The notes beneath the pieces were generated by a model. It was not told the origin of the DNA. It did no database searches and was given only the letters and a program-made list of their open reading frames with translations. The position numbers and the translations under genes were made by a program. DNA of 32,000 nucleotides from Micrococcus luteus NCTC 2665 (GTDB lineage Bacteria; Actinomycetota; Actinomycetes; Actinomycetales; Micrococcaceae): assembly GCF_000023205.1 (NCBI RefSeq), contig NC_012803.1:780001-812000 (forward strand). The letters are read 5' to 3'. Numbering within the stretch: the stretch's first letter is position 1; each line of letters opens with the position of its first letter. Of the stretch, positions 18,438 through 26,301 are shown in pieces.

Positions 18438-19055
18438 GTGGCAGCCGAGCTGATCTCCGGACGCCGTGCGCGCATGACGCGCACCACGAGCGAGTCGGAC
18501 GTGTACGTCGAGATGGATCTGGACGGCACCGGCCGCGCTGAGATCTCCACCACCGTGCCGTTCTACGACCACATGCTCACCGCGCTGTCCCGGCACTCCC
18601 AGATCGACCTGACGGTCCGTGCCACCGGGGACACGCACATCGACGTGCACCACACGGTCGAGGACGTCGCCATCACCCTGGGCGAGGTGCTCAAGACCGC
18701 GCTCGGGGACAAGTCCGGCATCCGCCGCTTCGGCGAGGCGTCCGTGCCGCTGGACGAGGCGCTGGCGCGCGCCGTCGTCGACGTCTCCGGCCGGCCGTAC
18801 CTCGTGCACGAGGGCGAGCCCGAGGGGCAGCAGTACCACCTCATCGGCGGGCACTTCACCGGTTCCATGACCCGCCACGTGTTCGAGTCGATCACGTACC
18901 ACGCGGCGATCTGCCTCCACATGGACGTCGTGCGGGGCCGGGATCCGCACCACATCGTCGAGGCGCAGTTCAAGGCCTTCGCCCGCGCCCTGCGCGCCGC
19001 CGTCGAGGACGACCCCCGCATGACCGGCGTGCCCTCCACCAAGGGCGCCCTCTGA
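18438..19055 (+). CDS. hisB: Imidazoleglycerol-phosphate dehydratase HisB
   Basis: GTG preceded by [77 protein letters not shown] hexamer at 18328-18333 in the 145-nt hisC-hisB gap may be an internal promoter. Confidence 0.93.
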   Translation: MAAELISGRRARMTRTTSESDVYVEMDLDGTGRAEISTTVPFYDHMLTALSRHSQIDLTVRATGDTHIDVHHTVEDVAITLGEVLKTALGDKSGIRRFGEASVPLDEALARAVVDVSGRPYLVHEGEPEGQQYHLIGGHFTGSMTRHVFESITYHAAICLHMDVVRGRDPHHIVEAQFKAFARALRAAVEDDPRMTGVPSTKGAL

Positions 19056-19714
19056 TGGCCCGCCCCACCACCGTCCCCGGTGTGCGGCCGCGCGTCGCCG
19101 TCCTGGACTACGGCTCGGGCAACGTGCACTCGGCGCTGCGTGCCGTGGAGCGGGCCGGCGCGGAGGTCGAGCTCACGCGCGATCCGCAGGCCGTGCAGGA
19201 GGCCGACGGGCTGCTCGTGCCCGGTGTCGGGGCGTACGCGTCCGTGATGCGGGCACTGACCGAGGTCGGCGGCACCCGCTGGATCGGCCGCCGCGTGGCC
19301 GGGGGCCGACCCGTCCTCGGCATCTGCGTGGGCCACCAGATCCTCTTCGACGCCGGCGTCGAGCACGGCGAGCGCACCGCGGGCATGGGGGAGTGGCCGG
19401 GTGTCGTCGCCGAGCTGCCCGCCGAGGTCCTGCCGCACATGGGCTGGAACACCGTCCGGCCGCCCGAGGGCAGCGCCCTCTTCGCGGGCATCGAGGACGA
19501 GCGGTTCTACTTCGTCCACTCCTACGGCGTGCTCGAATGGGAGTTCGACCAGACGATCTCCGCCATGCGTCCGCCCCAGGTCACCTGGGCGCACCACGGC
19601 GCGGACTTCATCGCCGCCGTGGAGAACGGCCCCCTGTCCGCCACGCAGTTCCACCCCGAGAAGTCCGGGGATGCCGGTCTGCAGCTGCTGCGCAACTGGC
19701 TGGAGACCCTCTGA
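19055..19714 (+). CDS. hisH: Imidazole glycerol phosphate synthase glutaminase subunit HisH
   Basis: [34 protein letters not shown] (catalytic Cys), [20 protein letters not shown] overlaps the hisB stop (TGATG). Confidence 0.93.
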   Translation: MARPTTVPGVRPRVAVLDYGSGNVHSALRAVERAGAEVELTRDPQAVQEADGLLVPGVGAYASVMRALTEVGGTRWIGRRVAGGRPVLGICVGHQILFDAGVEHGERTAGMGEWPGVVAELPAEVLPHMGWNTVRPPEGSALFAGIEDERFYFVHSYGVLEWEFDQTISAMRPPQVTWAHHGADFIAAVENGPLSATQFHPEKSGDAGLQLLRNWLETL

Positions 19715-19872
19715 TGCCCTACTGGTCCGTCCTGTACCTCGCCCTCGGCGGGCTGCTGCTCGGCGCCGCCTGGTCCATGCGCACGCAGAAGGCGCCGCTG
19801 TGGGCCATCGTGATCGTCCTCGTGCTGGCCGGCATGGCCATCGCCGCCTCCTTCCTGACCGTCGGCGCCTGA
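19714..19872 (+). CDS. Small two-TM membrane protein (52 aa) embedded between hisH and hisA
   Basis: ATG overlaps the hisH stop (TGATG). [52 protein letters not shown]. Nearly every third codon position is G/C, which is a strong coding signature. It ends 31 nt before hisA. It is hidden in the track inside the longer out-of-frame-looking ORF 19393-19872. Confidence 0.5.
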   Translation: MPYWSVLYLALGGLLLGAAWSMRTQKAPLWAIVIVLVLAGMAIAASFLTVGA

Positions 19873-19903
19873 TCGCGCCGGCCGCCCACCCGAGAGGAAC
19901 CCC

Positions 19904-20689
19904 ATGACCCCGAACGCCCCCGCACTCGAGCTGCTGCCCGCCGTCGACGTCCAGGACGGCCAGGCCGTCCGCCTCGTCCAGGGCGAGGCCGGCAGCGCCA
20001 CCTCGTACGGCGACCCGGTGACCGCCGCCCTGGACTGGCAGCGCGCCGGCGCGGAGTGGATCCACCTCGTGGACCTGGACGCCGCCTTCGGCCGCGGTGA
20101 CAACCGCGAGGTCATGCGCCGTGTGGTGGAGGAGATCGGCGTGAAGATCGAGCTGTCCGGCGGCATCCGCGACGACGCCTCGCTCGAGAACGCCCTCGAG
20201 ATGGGCGCGGCGCGGGTGAACCTGGGCACCGCCGCCCTCGAGGACCCGGAGTGGACCGCGCGCGTCATCGAGCGCTTCGGCGACCGGGTCGCCGTGGGCC
20301 TCGACGTGCGCGGCACCACGCTCGCCGCCCGCGGCTGGACGAAGGAGGGCGGCGACCTCTGGGAGGTGCTCGCCCGCCTCGAGGACGCCGGCTGCGCCCG
20401 CTACGTGGTCACCGACGTCACGAAGGACGGCACGCTCAAGGGGCCGAACACGGAGCTGCTGGCCCAGGTCTGCGCGAAGACCGCGAAGCCGGTCGTCGCC
20501 TCGGGCGGCATCTCCTCCCTCGAGGACGTCGCCGCGCTCGCCGCCATGACCGGCCAGGGCGTCGAGGGCGCGATCATGGGCAAGGCGCTGTACGCCGGCC
20601 GCTTCAGCCTGGAGCAGGCGCTGGCCGTTGCCGGCGGCGCCACGGTGGAGCAGGCGCGCTCCGAGCAGCCCGGCCCGGTCGCCCCGTGA
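19904..20689 (+). CDS. hisA: HisA/PriA-type phosphoribosyl isomerase (actinobacterial bifunctional HisA/TrpF type)
   Basis: [85 protein letters not shown]. Confidence 0.9.
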   Translation: MTPNAPALELLPAVDVQDGQAVRLVQGEAGSATSYGDPVTAALDWQRAGAEWIHLVDLDAAFGRGDNREVMRRVVEEIGVKIELSGGIRDDASLENALEMGAARVNLGTAALEDPEWTARVIERFGDRVAVGLDVRGTTLAARGWTKEGGDLWEVLARLEDAGCARYVVTDVTKDGTLKGPNTELLAQVCAKTAKPVVASGGISSLEDVAALAAMTGQGVEGAIMGKALYAGRFSLEQALAVAGGATVEQARSEQPGPVAP

Positions 20690-21677
20690 CGGGCTCGCAC
20701 GACGACGGCGGCCTGGCCCGCGACGAGGGGCTCGGTCCGATCGACGAGACGGTCGCGGTGCCGCACCCGGCGGCCCGGGAGCTGCCGGGGCACATCCGAG
20801 CCGCACTCGACCGCATGCGGGAGAAGACCGCGGGCGAGAACACCGCGGACACCGCGGGCGTCCCGTGGCAGGGCCGTGACCTCTCCGGCCCCGGCGTGGA
20901 CGGCTCCGCGAACCCGTTGCACGTGTTCGACGAGGACGACGGCACCAGCCCGGCCGAGTGGACCGCCGTCATGGCGGCCCTGACGGACGGCTCCGCCGGT
21001 GAGCGGGAGGTGACGGAGGTGCTCGCGCGCATCCGCGTGTTCGCCGCCGTCGTGCCCACCCTTGCCGTGGACGAGGACGACGTCCACGACCACACCGGTC
21101 ACGAGCACGACGTCGCGGCGCACGGGGACAAGGCCGCGGACGTGGCCCTCGTGACCATGCGCGCGCCGGACGGCCGGCAGGCGCGCCGGTGTTCACGAAC
21201 GTGCCCGCGCTGACGGCGTGGAACCCGGTCGCCCGACCCGTGGCCGTGTGGCTACCGCGTGCCTGCCTGTCCGCCGTGGACGAGGGCTGTGAGCTCGTCG
21301 TCATCGACGCCGGCGCCGAGCACACGTACGTGGTGCGGCGCCCGGCCGTGTGGTCGCTCGCCCAGCAGAAGGAGTGGACCCCCTCCTACCGGGACCAGGA
21401 GATCGCGGATGAGATCGCCGAGGTCGCCGACCTGGTCCCGAACCTGCTGAACCTGGGCCTCGCCCCCGGCTCGGGGGTGGCCACGCACACGGGCTCGGGC
21501 GCGGTGATGAACGGAGGCGGGGCCGGGCCTGAGCTGCAGATCGTCGCGATGCCCACCCGGGACGCCGACGCGGCCGGGGTGCGCCTGATGACGGCCACGC
21601 TCAAGACCCTCCTGGCAGACCTGGCGCTGCTCACCGAGCGGGCCGACTCCGTGGAGATCACGGTCCGCCGACCCTGA
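20686..21677 (+). pseudogene. SseB-family protein gene interrupted by a frameshift near 21184-21185 (pseudogene, split gene or sequencing error)
   Basis: The frame starting at GTG 20686 (GTGA overlap with the hisA stop) reads ..HVFDEDDGTSPAEWTAVMAAL..VALVTMRAPDGRQA, then runs into junk (RRCSRTCPR-stop at 21213). The continuation PVFTNVPALTAWNPVARPVAV..VVIDAGAE..RRPAVWSLAQ is in another frame (ORF 21189-21677). Together they give the typical actinobacterial SseB layout (..GRxALPvFts..al..W...ARPv..). Both parts have high GC3. Restoring one base in GCGCGCC would give ..RQA-x-PVFTN. Confidence 0.5.
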
Positions 21678-21800
21678 TCGGTCGCCCGGCCCGTCCGGTA
21701 CCGTTGAGGGGGAGGGGAGGGCCCGTGGTGGCCCCACCCCATCCTTAAAGGCCGTGCGCCGCGCGCCGGCCCCATGCCTCCCATCCTCCGAGGAGTACCC

Positions 21801-23009
21801 ATGAGAACCAGAACCTTGACCGGCGTCGCCACCGCGGCGCTGGGCGCGGTGGTGGTGGCCGGCGCCGGCCCCGCCCTCGCGCAGACCACGCTCACCCAGG
21901 GCTCGGCGATCACCGCGCCGGCCGGGGCGTGCAGCCTGACCATCGTCGACGATGCCACCGCCTACACCGCGTCCCACTGTGGCGCGGGCCAGTGGCAGAT
22001 CGGCTCGACCGTCCGCGACGTCGACGGCGCAGCGATCGGCACCGTCTCGGCACTGCCCGACGATTCGGGCGTGGACGCGGTCCGCGTGGCCCTGGCCGAC
22101 GACGTCGACGTCGTGGGCGACTGGTCCACGCGGCCGGCCTCGTCCGTCGGTGTGGGCGAGACCGTCTACACCCATGGCTCGTCCGTGCCGCTGGGCGCGC
22201 CGAACACCGTGTCCCACACGCAGACGTTCGAGGCCGCCACGGTCTGCGACGACGCGTACGCGGATCAGGTCGCCCTGGACACCGCCTCGACCCACGCCGG
22301 CGACTCGGGCGGCGCCGTCTATGACGCCCAGCAGCGGGTGGTCGGCGTCATCTCGGGCATCGCCCCGGTGACCTTCGACGCCGAGGGCAACGTGGTGGGC
22401 TGCGACGCCCAGGCGATGTCCTCGATCATGGTCCCGGTCGAGTCCCTCGACGCGCTGGACGCCTCCGCGGCGCCCGCCGCCGAGACCGCTGCGGCCGCCG
22501 AGACGGCCCCGGCGATCGCCGACGTCGCCGGCCCCGTGGCCGACGAGGACCTGCCCACCGGCGGCGAGCCCGCCGTGGACGAGTCCGAGCTGACCGAGTT
22601 CACGCCGGCCGAGGAGGAGGCCATCGCGGCCGAGCTCAAGGCCCGCGCCGAGGCCGCCGCGGAGGAGGAGGCCGCCGAGGCGGCCCCCGCTGCTGAGGCC
22701 CCGGCCGCCGAGGCCGCCGCGCCGGGCGTGACCGACGTCGTGGCCGCGCCCGCCGAGGGTGTCGCCTACGGCACCCGGGTGGTCGCGCAGACGGATCAGG
22801 GCGGCTTCGCCGCCGTCACCGTCACGGCCTACGACGCGGACGGCACCGTCCTGGGCCAGGACGGCCTGGACCTCACCGGCGAGTACCGCGCCTGGCTGCC
22901 CGTGCCGGCCGAGGTGCCCGCGGGCGGTTCCGTGGAGGTCACCGTGGTCGACGCCGCCGGCGCCGCCACGGACGCCACCGTGACCCTGGGCGGTCAGCTG
23001 GTCGGCTGA
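21801..23009 (+). CDS. Secreted chymotrypsin-fold (S1) serine protease with an Ala/Glu-rich linker and an unknown C-terminal beta-rich domain
   Basis: ATG 21801 preceded by GAGGAG. Signal peptide MRTRTLTGVATAALGAVVVAGAGPALAQ. Catalytic His in TASHCG, Asp in GVDAVRVAL, Ser in GDSGGAVY. Then AAPAAETAAAAETAP...AEAAAEEEAAEAAPAAEAPAAEAAAPG, followed by an 85-aa tail. An alternative start at 21774 is possible. Confidence 0.75.
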   Translation: MRTRTLTGVATAALGAVVVAGAGPALAQTTLTQGSAITAPAGACSLTIVDDATAYTASHCGAGQWQIGSTVRDVDGAAIGTVSALPDDSGVDAVRVALADDVDVVGDWSTRPASSVGVGETVYTHGSSVPLGAPNTVSHTQTFEAATVCDDAYADQVALDTASTHAGDSGGAVYDAQQRVVGVISGIAPVTFDAEGNVVGCDAQAMSSIMVPVESLDALDASAAPAAETAAAAETAPAIADVAGPVADEDLPTGGEPAVDESELTEFTPAEEEAIAAELKARAEAAAEEEAAEAAPAAEAPAAEAAAPGVTDVVAAPAEGVAYGTRVVAQTDQGGFAAVTVTAYDADGTVLGQDGLDLTGEYRAWLPVPAEVPAGGSVEVTVVDAAGAATDATVTLGGQLVG

Positions 23010-23031
23010 TCGGTTCCGCCCCGAATGGCAC

Positions 23032-23071
23032 GACGAGGCCCGGTGATCCGCACGGATCACCGGGCCTCGTC
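23032..23071. terminator. Long perfect hairpin between the convergent protease and MarR genes (bidirectional terminator candidate)
   Basis: GACGAGGCCCGGTGATCCG (23032-23050) and CGGATCACCGGGCCTCGTC (23053-23071) are exact reverse complements (19 nt arms, effectively a 17-bp stem with a short loop). Confidence 0.65.
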
Positions 23072-23113
23072 ACGTCCCGGGGCCGGGGCGACCCCGGCCA
23101 GCTGGGGACGCGG

Positions 23114-23659
23114 TCAGCACATCCCCTCGAGCCGCCGCCCGAGGCGGGAGAAGATCCGGGTGAGGGACTCCGCCTCGCCCGGCGCCAGGTCGCCGAGGAA
23201 GAGCTCCTCCACCTGCCGGGCGTGCTCGATCGCAGCGCGCCGGAAGGCGGACCGACCCTCGTCGGTGAGGACGGCCTCGAAGCCCCGCCGGTCACAGGCC
23301 ACCGGGCGGCGGTCGATCAGGCCGCGGGCCACGAGCGTTTTCACCTGGTAGGTGATGCGCGACGGGGAGAAGACCATCCGGGACGCCAGCTCTCCCAGCC
23401 GGAGCCGGCCCTCGGGGGACTCGTAGAGGAGCAGCAGCAGGTTGTAGTCGGCCAGCGACATGCCGCAGTCCTGTTTCAGGCGGCGCTCCAGCACCTCCGT
23501 GAGCATCTGGGTGGCCTCGAAGTAGGCGCGCCAGGCGCGCTTGGGCGGGTCCACCGGGCGGTGCGCCTCCGAGGCAGAGCCGAACCAGCCGCCGTCGGGC
23601 TCTGCCGGCGCCGCGTCCTGCGTGGCGGGCTCAGGGGCCGGGGTTGAGGAGCTGCTCAA
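23114..23659 (-). CDS. MarR-family transcriptional regulator
   Basis: [71 protein letters not shown] is a canonical MarR winged helix. The listed start is TTG at 23659, overlapping the upstream gene by 29 nt. An internal GTG (..RPVDPP..) is an alternative start. Confidence 0.85.
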   Translation of the reverse strand: MSSSSTPAPEPATQDAAPAEPDGGWFGSASEAHRPVDPPKRAWRAYFEATQMLTEVLERRLKQDCGMSLADYNLLLLLYESPEGRLRLGELASRMVFSPSRITYQVKTLVARGLIDRRPVACDRRGFEAVLTDEGRSAFRRAAIEHARQVEELFLGDLAPGEAESLTRIFSRLGRRLEGMC

Positions 23660-24320
23660 AGGGGGTCACCTCCAGGTCGAGGTCCGCGGGCGCGGCGGCG
23701 CGTGCCCGCGGGGGGCGGTTCAGGGTGATCTCGGCCAGGTCGCGTCCGGCGGCCCGGATGCGGGACTGCAGCGGGTCGGTCCGCATCGAGGCCTGCACGC
23801 CGGCCGCCTCGCCCCAGTCGTCCGAGGCCGCGAAGACCGCGGTCGGCACGATGCGGGCCTTGAGGTAGGCGAACAGCGGCCGCATGGCGGTGTCGATCAT
23901 GAGCGAGTGGCGGGCGGTGCCGCCGGTGGCGCCGAGGAGCACGGGCACCCCGACGACGGACGTGGGCTCCGCGAGGTCCCAGAAGGACTTGAACAGGCCC
24001 GAGTAGGAGGCCTTGTACGTGGGTGAGACCGCGATGACGGCGTCGGCCTGGGCGACCTCGTCCAGGGCGGCGCGCAGGGCCGGGGAGATCGCGGAGGTCA
24101 CGAGGGCCTGCGCGATGTCCGTGGCGAGCTCACGCAGCGTGATCAGGTGGATCTGCGGGACCACGCCGTGCTCGGAGAGCGCGGCCGAGGCGGACTCGGC
24201 CATGCGTTCGGCGAGCATGCGGGTCTGGGACGGGTCCCCGGACCCGCCGGAGACCACGGCGAGGTGCCGGGCCTGCGGCGTGAACGGGTCGGAGGCATCG
24301 GGGGTGCCGGGGGTGGTCAC
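23631..24320 (-). CDS. NAD(P)H-dependent FMN reductase (LLM-partnered, CE1759-like)
   Basis: LAVVSGGSGDPSQTRMLAE, ADAVIAVSPTYKASYSGLFKSFWD and VLLGATGGTARHSLMID are typical of the SsuE/MsuE-like flavin reductase fold. GTG overlaps the stop of the upstream LLM gene (GTGA). Confidence 0.75.
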   Translation of the reverse strand: MTTPGTPDASDPFTPQARHLAVVSGGSGDPSQTRMLAERMAESASAALSEHGVVPQIHLITLRELATDIAQALVTSAISPALRAALDEVAQADAVIAVSPTYKASYSGLFKSFWDLAEPTSVVGVPVLLGATGGTARHSLMIDTAMRPLFAYLKARIVPTAVFAASDDWGEAAGVQASMRTDPLQSRIRAAGRDLAEITLNRPPRARAAAPADLDLEVTPFEQLLNPGP

Positions 24321-25507
24321 TTCGCGCCACCGCCCTTCGTGGCATCGGCGGTGGCGCGCTGCTCGGCGGCCGCCGCGCGGTCGAGCTGGGCCTGCGATCC
24401 CTCCTTGCCGCCGGGCACGGGGGCCTCGCCGCGGCGGGCGCGTGCCACGAGGAACTCGTGGGTCGGGGCCGCCGGGACGTCATCCGGCCTCAGAGCGTCG
24501 AACTCCTTGCGCAGCACGGGCAGGACCTCCTCGCCGAAGAGGTCGATCTGCCGGAGGACGGTGTCCGTGGGCAGGCCGGCGTGGTCGATGAGGAACATCT
24601 GACGCTGGTAGTCGCCCACCCAGTCGCGGAACGTGAGCGTGCGCTCGATGACCTGCTGCGGCGAGCCGACCGTCAGGGGCGTCATCCTCGAGAAGTCCTC
24701 GAGGGAGGGGCCGTGGCCGTAGACCGGCGCGTTGTCGAAGTAGGGGCGGAACTCCGCCACGGCGTCCTGCGAGTTCTTCGCCATGTAGGCCTGGCCGCCC
24801 AGGGCCACGTACGCCTGATGGGCCTTGCCGTGGCCGTAGTACTCGTAGCGCTGGCGGTACAGGCGCACCATCTGGATGACGTGCTCCTTGTTCCAGAAGA
24901 TGTTGTTGTGGAAGTAGCCGTCGCCGTAGTAGGCGGCCTGCTCGGCGATCTCGGGGGAGCGGATGGAGCCGTGCCACACGAAGGGGGCGACGCCGTCCAG
25001 GGGCTGCGGGGTGAGCGTGAAGTCCTGCAGCGGGGTGCGGTGATTGCCGCTCCAGTCCACGGTCTCCTCGTGCCACAGGCGGTACAGGAGGTTGTAGTTC
25101 TCCACGGCGAGCTGGATGCCCTGGCGGATGTCCTTGCCGAACCACGGGTACACGGGGCCGGTGTTGCCGCGGCCCATCGTCAGGTCCACGCGGCCGTCGG
25201 CGAGGTGCTGCAGGTACGCGTAGTCCTCGGCCAGACGCACCGGGTCCATGGTGGTGATCAGGGTCGTCGCCGTGGAGAGCTGGAGGGTCTCGGTCTGCGC
25301 GGCCAGGTAGGCCAGCAGCGTGGGCGGGTTGCCCGGGGCCACGAAGGGCGGGTTGTGGTGCTGGCCGGTCGCGAACACCTCGAAGCCCGCCTGCTCGGCG
25401 TGGCGGGCGATCTTGACGGTGTCCTTGATCCGCTGATGCTCGGTGGGGGCGGTCCCGTTCGTCGGATCGGCGGTGATGTCGCCGATCGTGAAGACGCCGA
25501 ACTGCAT
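24317..25507 (-). CDS. Luciferase-like (LLM class) FMN-dependent monooxygenase, CE1758-like (396 aa)
   Basis: MQFGVFTIGDITADPTNG..TEHQRIKD, FATGQHHNPPFV, LADGRVDLTMGRGNTGPVYPWFGKDIRQG, FVWHGSIRSPEIAEQAAYYGDGYFHNNIFW. The start is set at ATG 25507, preceded by GAGGAG. The 12 upstream codons in the track were dropped. Confidence 0.85.
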   Translation of the reverse strand: MQFGVFTIGDITADPTNGTAPTEHQRIKDTVKIARHAEQAGFEVFATGQHHNPPFVAPGNPPTLLAYLAAQTETLQLSTATTLITTMDPVRLAEDYAYLQHLADGRVDLTMGRGNTGPVYPWFGKDIRQGIQLAVENYNLLYRLWHEETVDWSGNHRTPLQDFTLTPQPLDGVAPFVWHGSIRSPEIAEQAAYYGDGYFHNNIFWNKEHVIQMVRLYRQRYEYYGHGKAHQAYVALGGQAYMAKNSQDAVAEFRPYFDNAPVYGHGPSLEDFSRMTPLTVGSPQQVIERTLTFRDWVGDYQRQMFLIDHAGLPTDTVLRQIDLFGEEVLPVLRKEFDALRPDDVPAAPTHEFLVARARRGEAPVPGGKEGSQAQLDRAAAAEQRATADATKGGGAK

Positions 25508-25581
25508 GGTGTGCTCCTCAGTGTGCCCGGGGGCGGGTCTCACGGTGCCGGCCGAGCCGTCGCCGTGTTCTTCAAAAATGA

Positions 25582-25587
25582 ATTATA
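25582..25587 (-). promoter_or_regulatory. Consensus -10 TATAAT for the LLM / FMN reductase / MarR operon, inside a short AT-rich island
   Basis: Minus strand: GCGC-TATAAT-TCATTTTTGAAGAAC. This is the only perfect TATAAT I noticed in the window. It is followed by a TTCA-N4-TGAA dyad (25571-25582) at the expected TSS or operator position, and sits about 75 nt upstream of the LLM ATG. Confidence 0.5.
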
Positions 25588-25636
25588 GCGCACAACGAAC
25601 CGTCCGGCTCTGAATATTCCGCAGGGCCCGACACGG

Positions 25637-25642
25637 CAGACT
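25637..25642 (+). promoter_or_regulatory. -10-like hexamer CAGACT 6 nt before the ATG of the LURP-one-like gene (leaderless-type)
   Basis: CAGACT-GGTCCC-ATG(25649). The first base deviates from TAnnnT. No SD sequence. Confidence 0.25.
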
Positions 25643-25648
25643 GGTCCC

Positions 25649-26230
25649 ATGAGCCCCGCCTTCGACGCCGGTCGCCTCGCCCACACGGACGTCCTCATTC
25701 TGCAGCAGGTGACGAGCTTCCTGTCCAACGACATCCAGGTGACGGACCCGGACGGGCGCACCGTCGTCTCGGTGGTCACCACGGGCGGGGGCCTGGGCCG
25801 CATGCTGATGGGGAACCGCAGCTTCGACGTGGTCGACGGTGACGACGGCCGCGTGCTCTTCCGCCTCGCCGACCCGGCCACGTTCGGCCGCGACCGCTTC
25901 GCGATCCTGGACGCCGACGGGCTGCCCCTCGCCCACCTCGTCCGCCAGATCGCGTTCCTGCGGACGTCCGTGGGCGTCGAGGTCGTGGACGGCACGTGCT
26001 TCGCGGTGACCGGCGACCTGTGGGACCACGACTACGCCATGACCGTGGGCCAGCAGCCGATCGCCCGCGTGACCGCGCGGTTCGGAGGTGTCATGAACGC
26101 CCTGGCCGGACGCTCGCGGTACGAGATGCGCCTGGACCCCGGCATGCCGCCCGTGGTGCGCTGCGCCGTGCTCGGCACGGCCATCGCCCTCGACCTGATC
26201 CGGGCCAAGGACCGGCGCAGCAACAGCTGA
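25649..26230 (+). CDS. LURP-one-related / scramblase-like (tubby C-terminal-like fold) family protein
   Basis: The overall pattern is typical of bacterial LOR/DUF567 proteins: LILQQVTSFLSNDIQVTDPDGRTVVSV, FDVVDGDDGRVLFRLADP, FAILDADGLPLAHLVRQ, a repeated beta-strand pattern and a C-terminal hydrophobic helix VLGTAIALDLI. Assignment is from memory of the family, not a search. Confidence 0.55.
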   Translation: MSPAFDAGRLAHTDVLILQQVTSFLSNDIQVTDPDGRTVVSVVTTGGGLGRMLMGNRSFDVVDGDDGRVLFRLADPATFGRDRFAILDADGLPLAHLVRQIAFLRTSVGVEVVDGTCFAVTGDLWDHDYAMTVGQQPIARVTARFGGVMNALAGRSRYEMRLDPGMPPVVRCAVLGTAIALDLIRAKDRRSNS

Positions 26231-26289
26231 GTCCGCCGAGCGCGCGGCCGTCTCGACGGCGCCTCCGGGGCGTGCCTTGACCCCTCCCG

Positions 26290-26295
26290 TAGGAT
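26290..26295 (+). promoter_or_regulatory. -10 hexamer TAGGAT 6 nt before the MFS transporter GTG (leaderless-type)
   Basis: TAGGAT-TCGACG-GTG(26302). No SD sequence. Confidence 0.35.
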
Positions 26296-26301
26296 TCGAC
26301 G

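Noticed and set aside
21715-21760. G-rich run GAGGGGGAGGGGAGGG followed by CCCCACCCCATCC after the SseB-like gene (G-quadruplex or terminator?)
   Set aside because: There are only three clear G-tracts of 3 or more, so no canonical G4. The two halves are not properly complementary beyond GGGCC/GGCCC. At most this is a weak imperfect hairpin.
17063-23060. Long minus-strand ORFs 17063-18553, 18563-20806 and 21252-23060 opposite the his genes, the SseB-like gene and the protease
   Set aside because: They are shadow ORFs of well-supported plus-strand genes, with Arg/Gly/His-rich translations and no motifs.
26277-26282. TTGACC as a -35 element for the MFS promoter
   Set aside because: It is only 7 nt from the TAGGAT -10 hexamer, and a functional -35 needs a spacing of about 16-18 nt.
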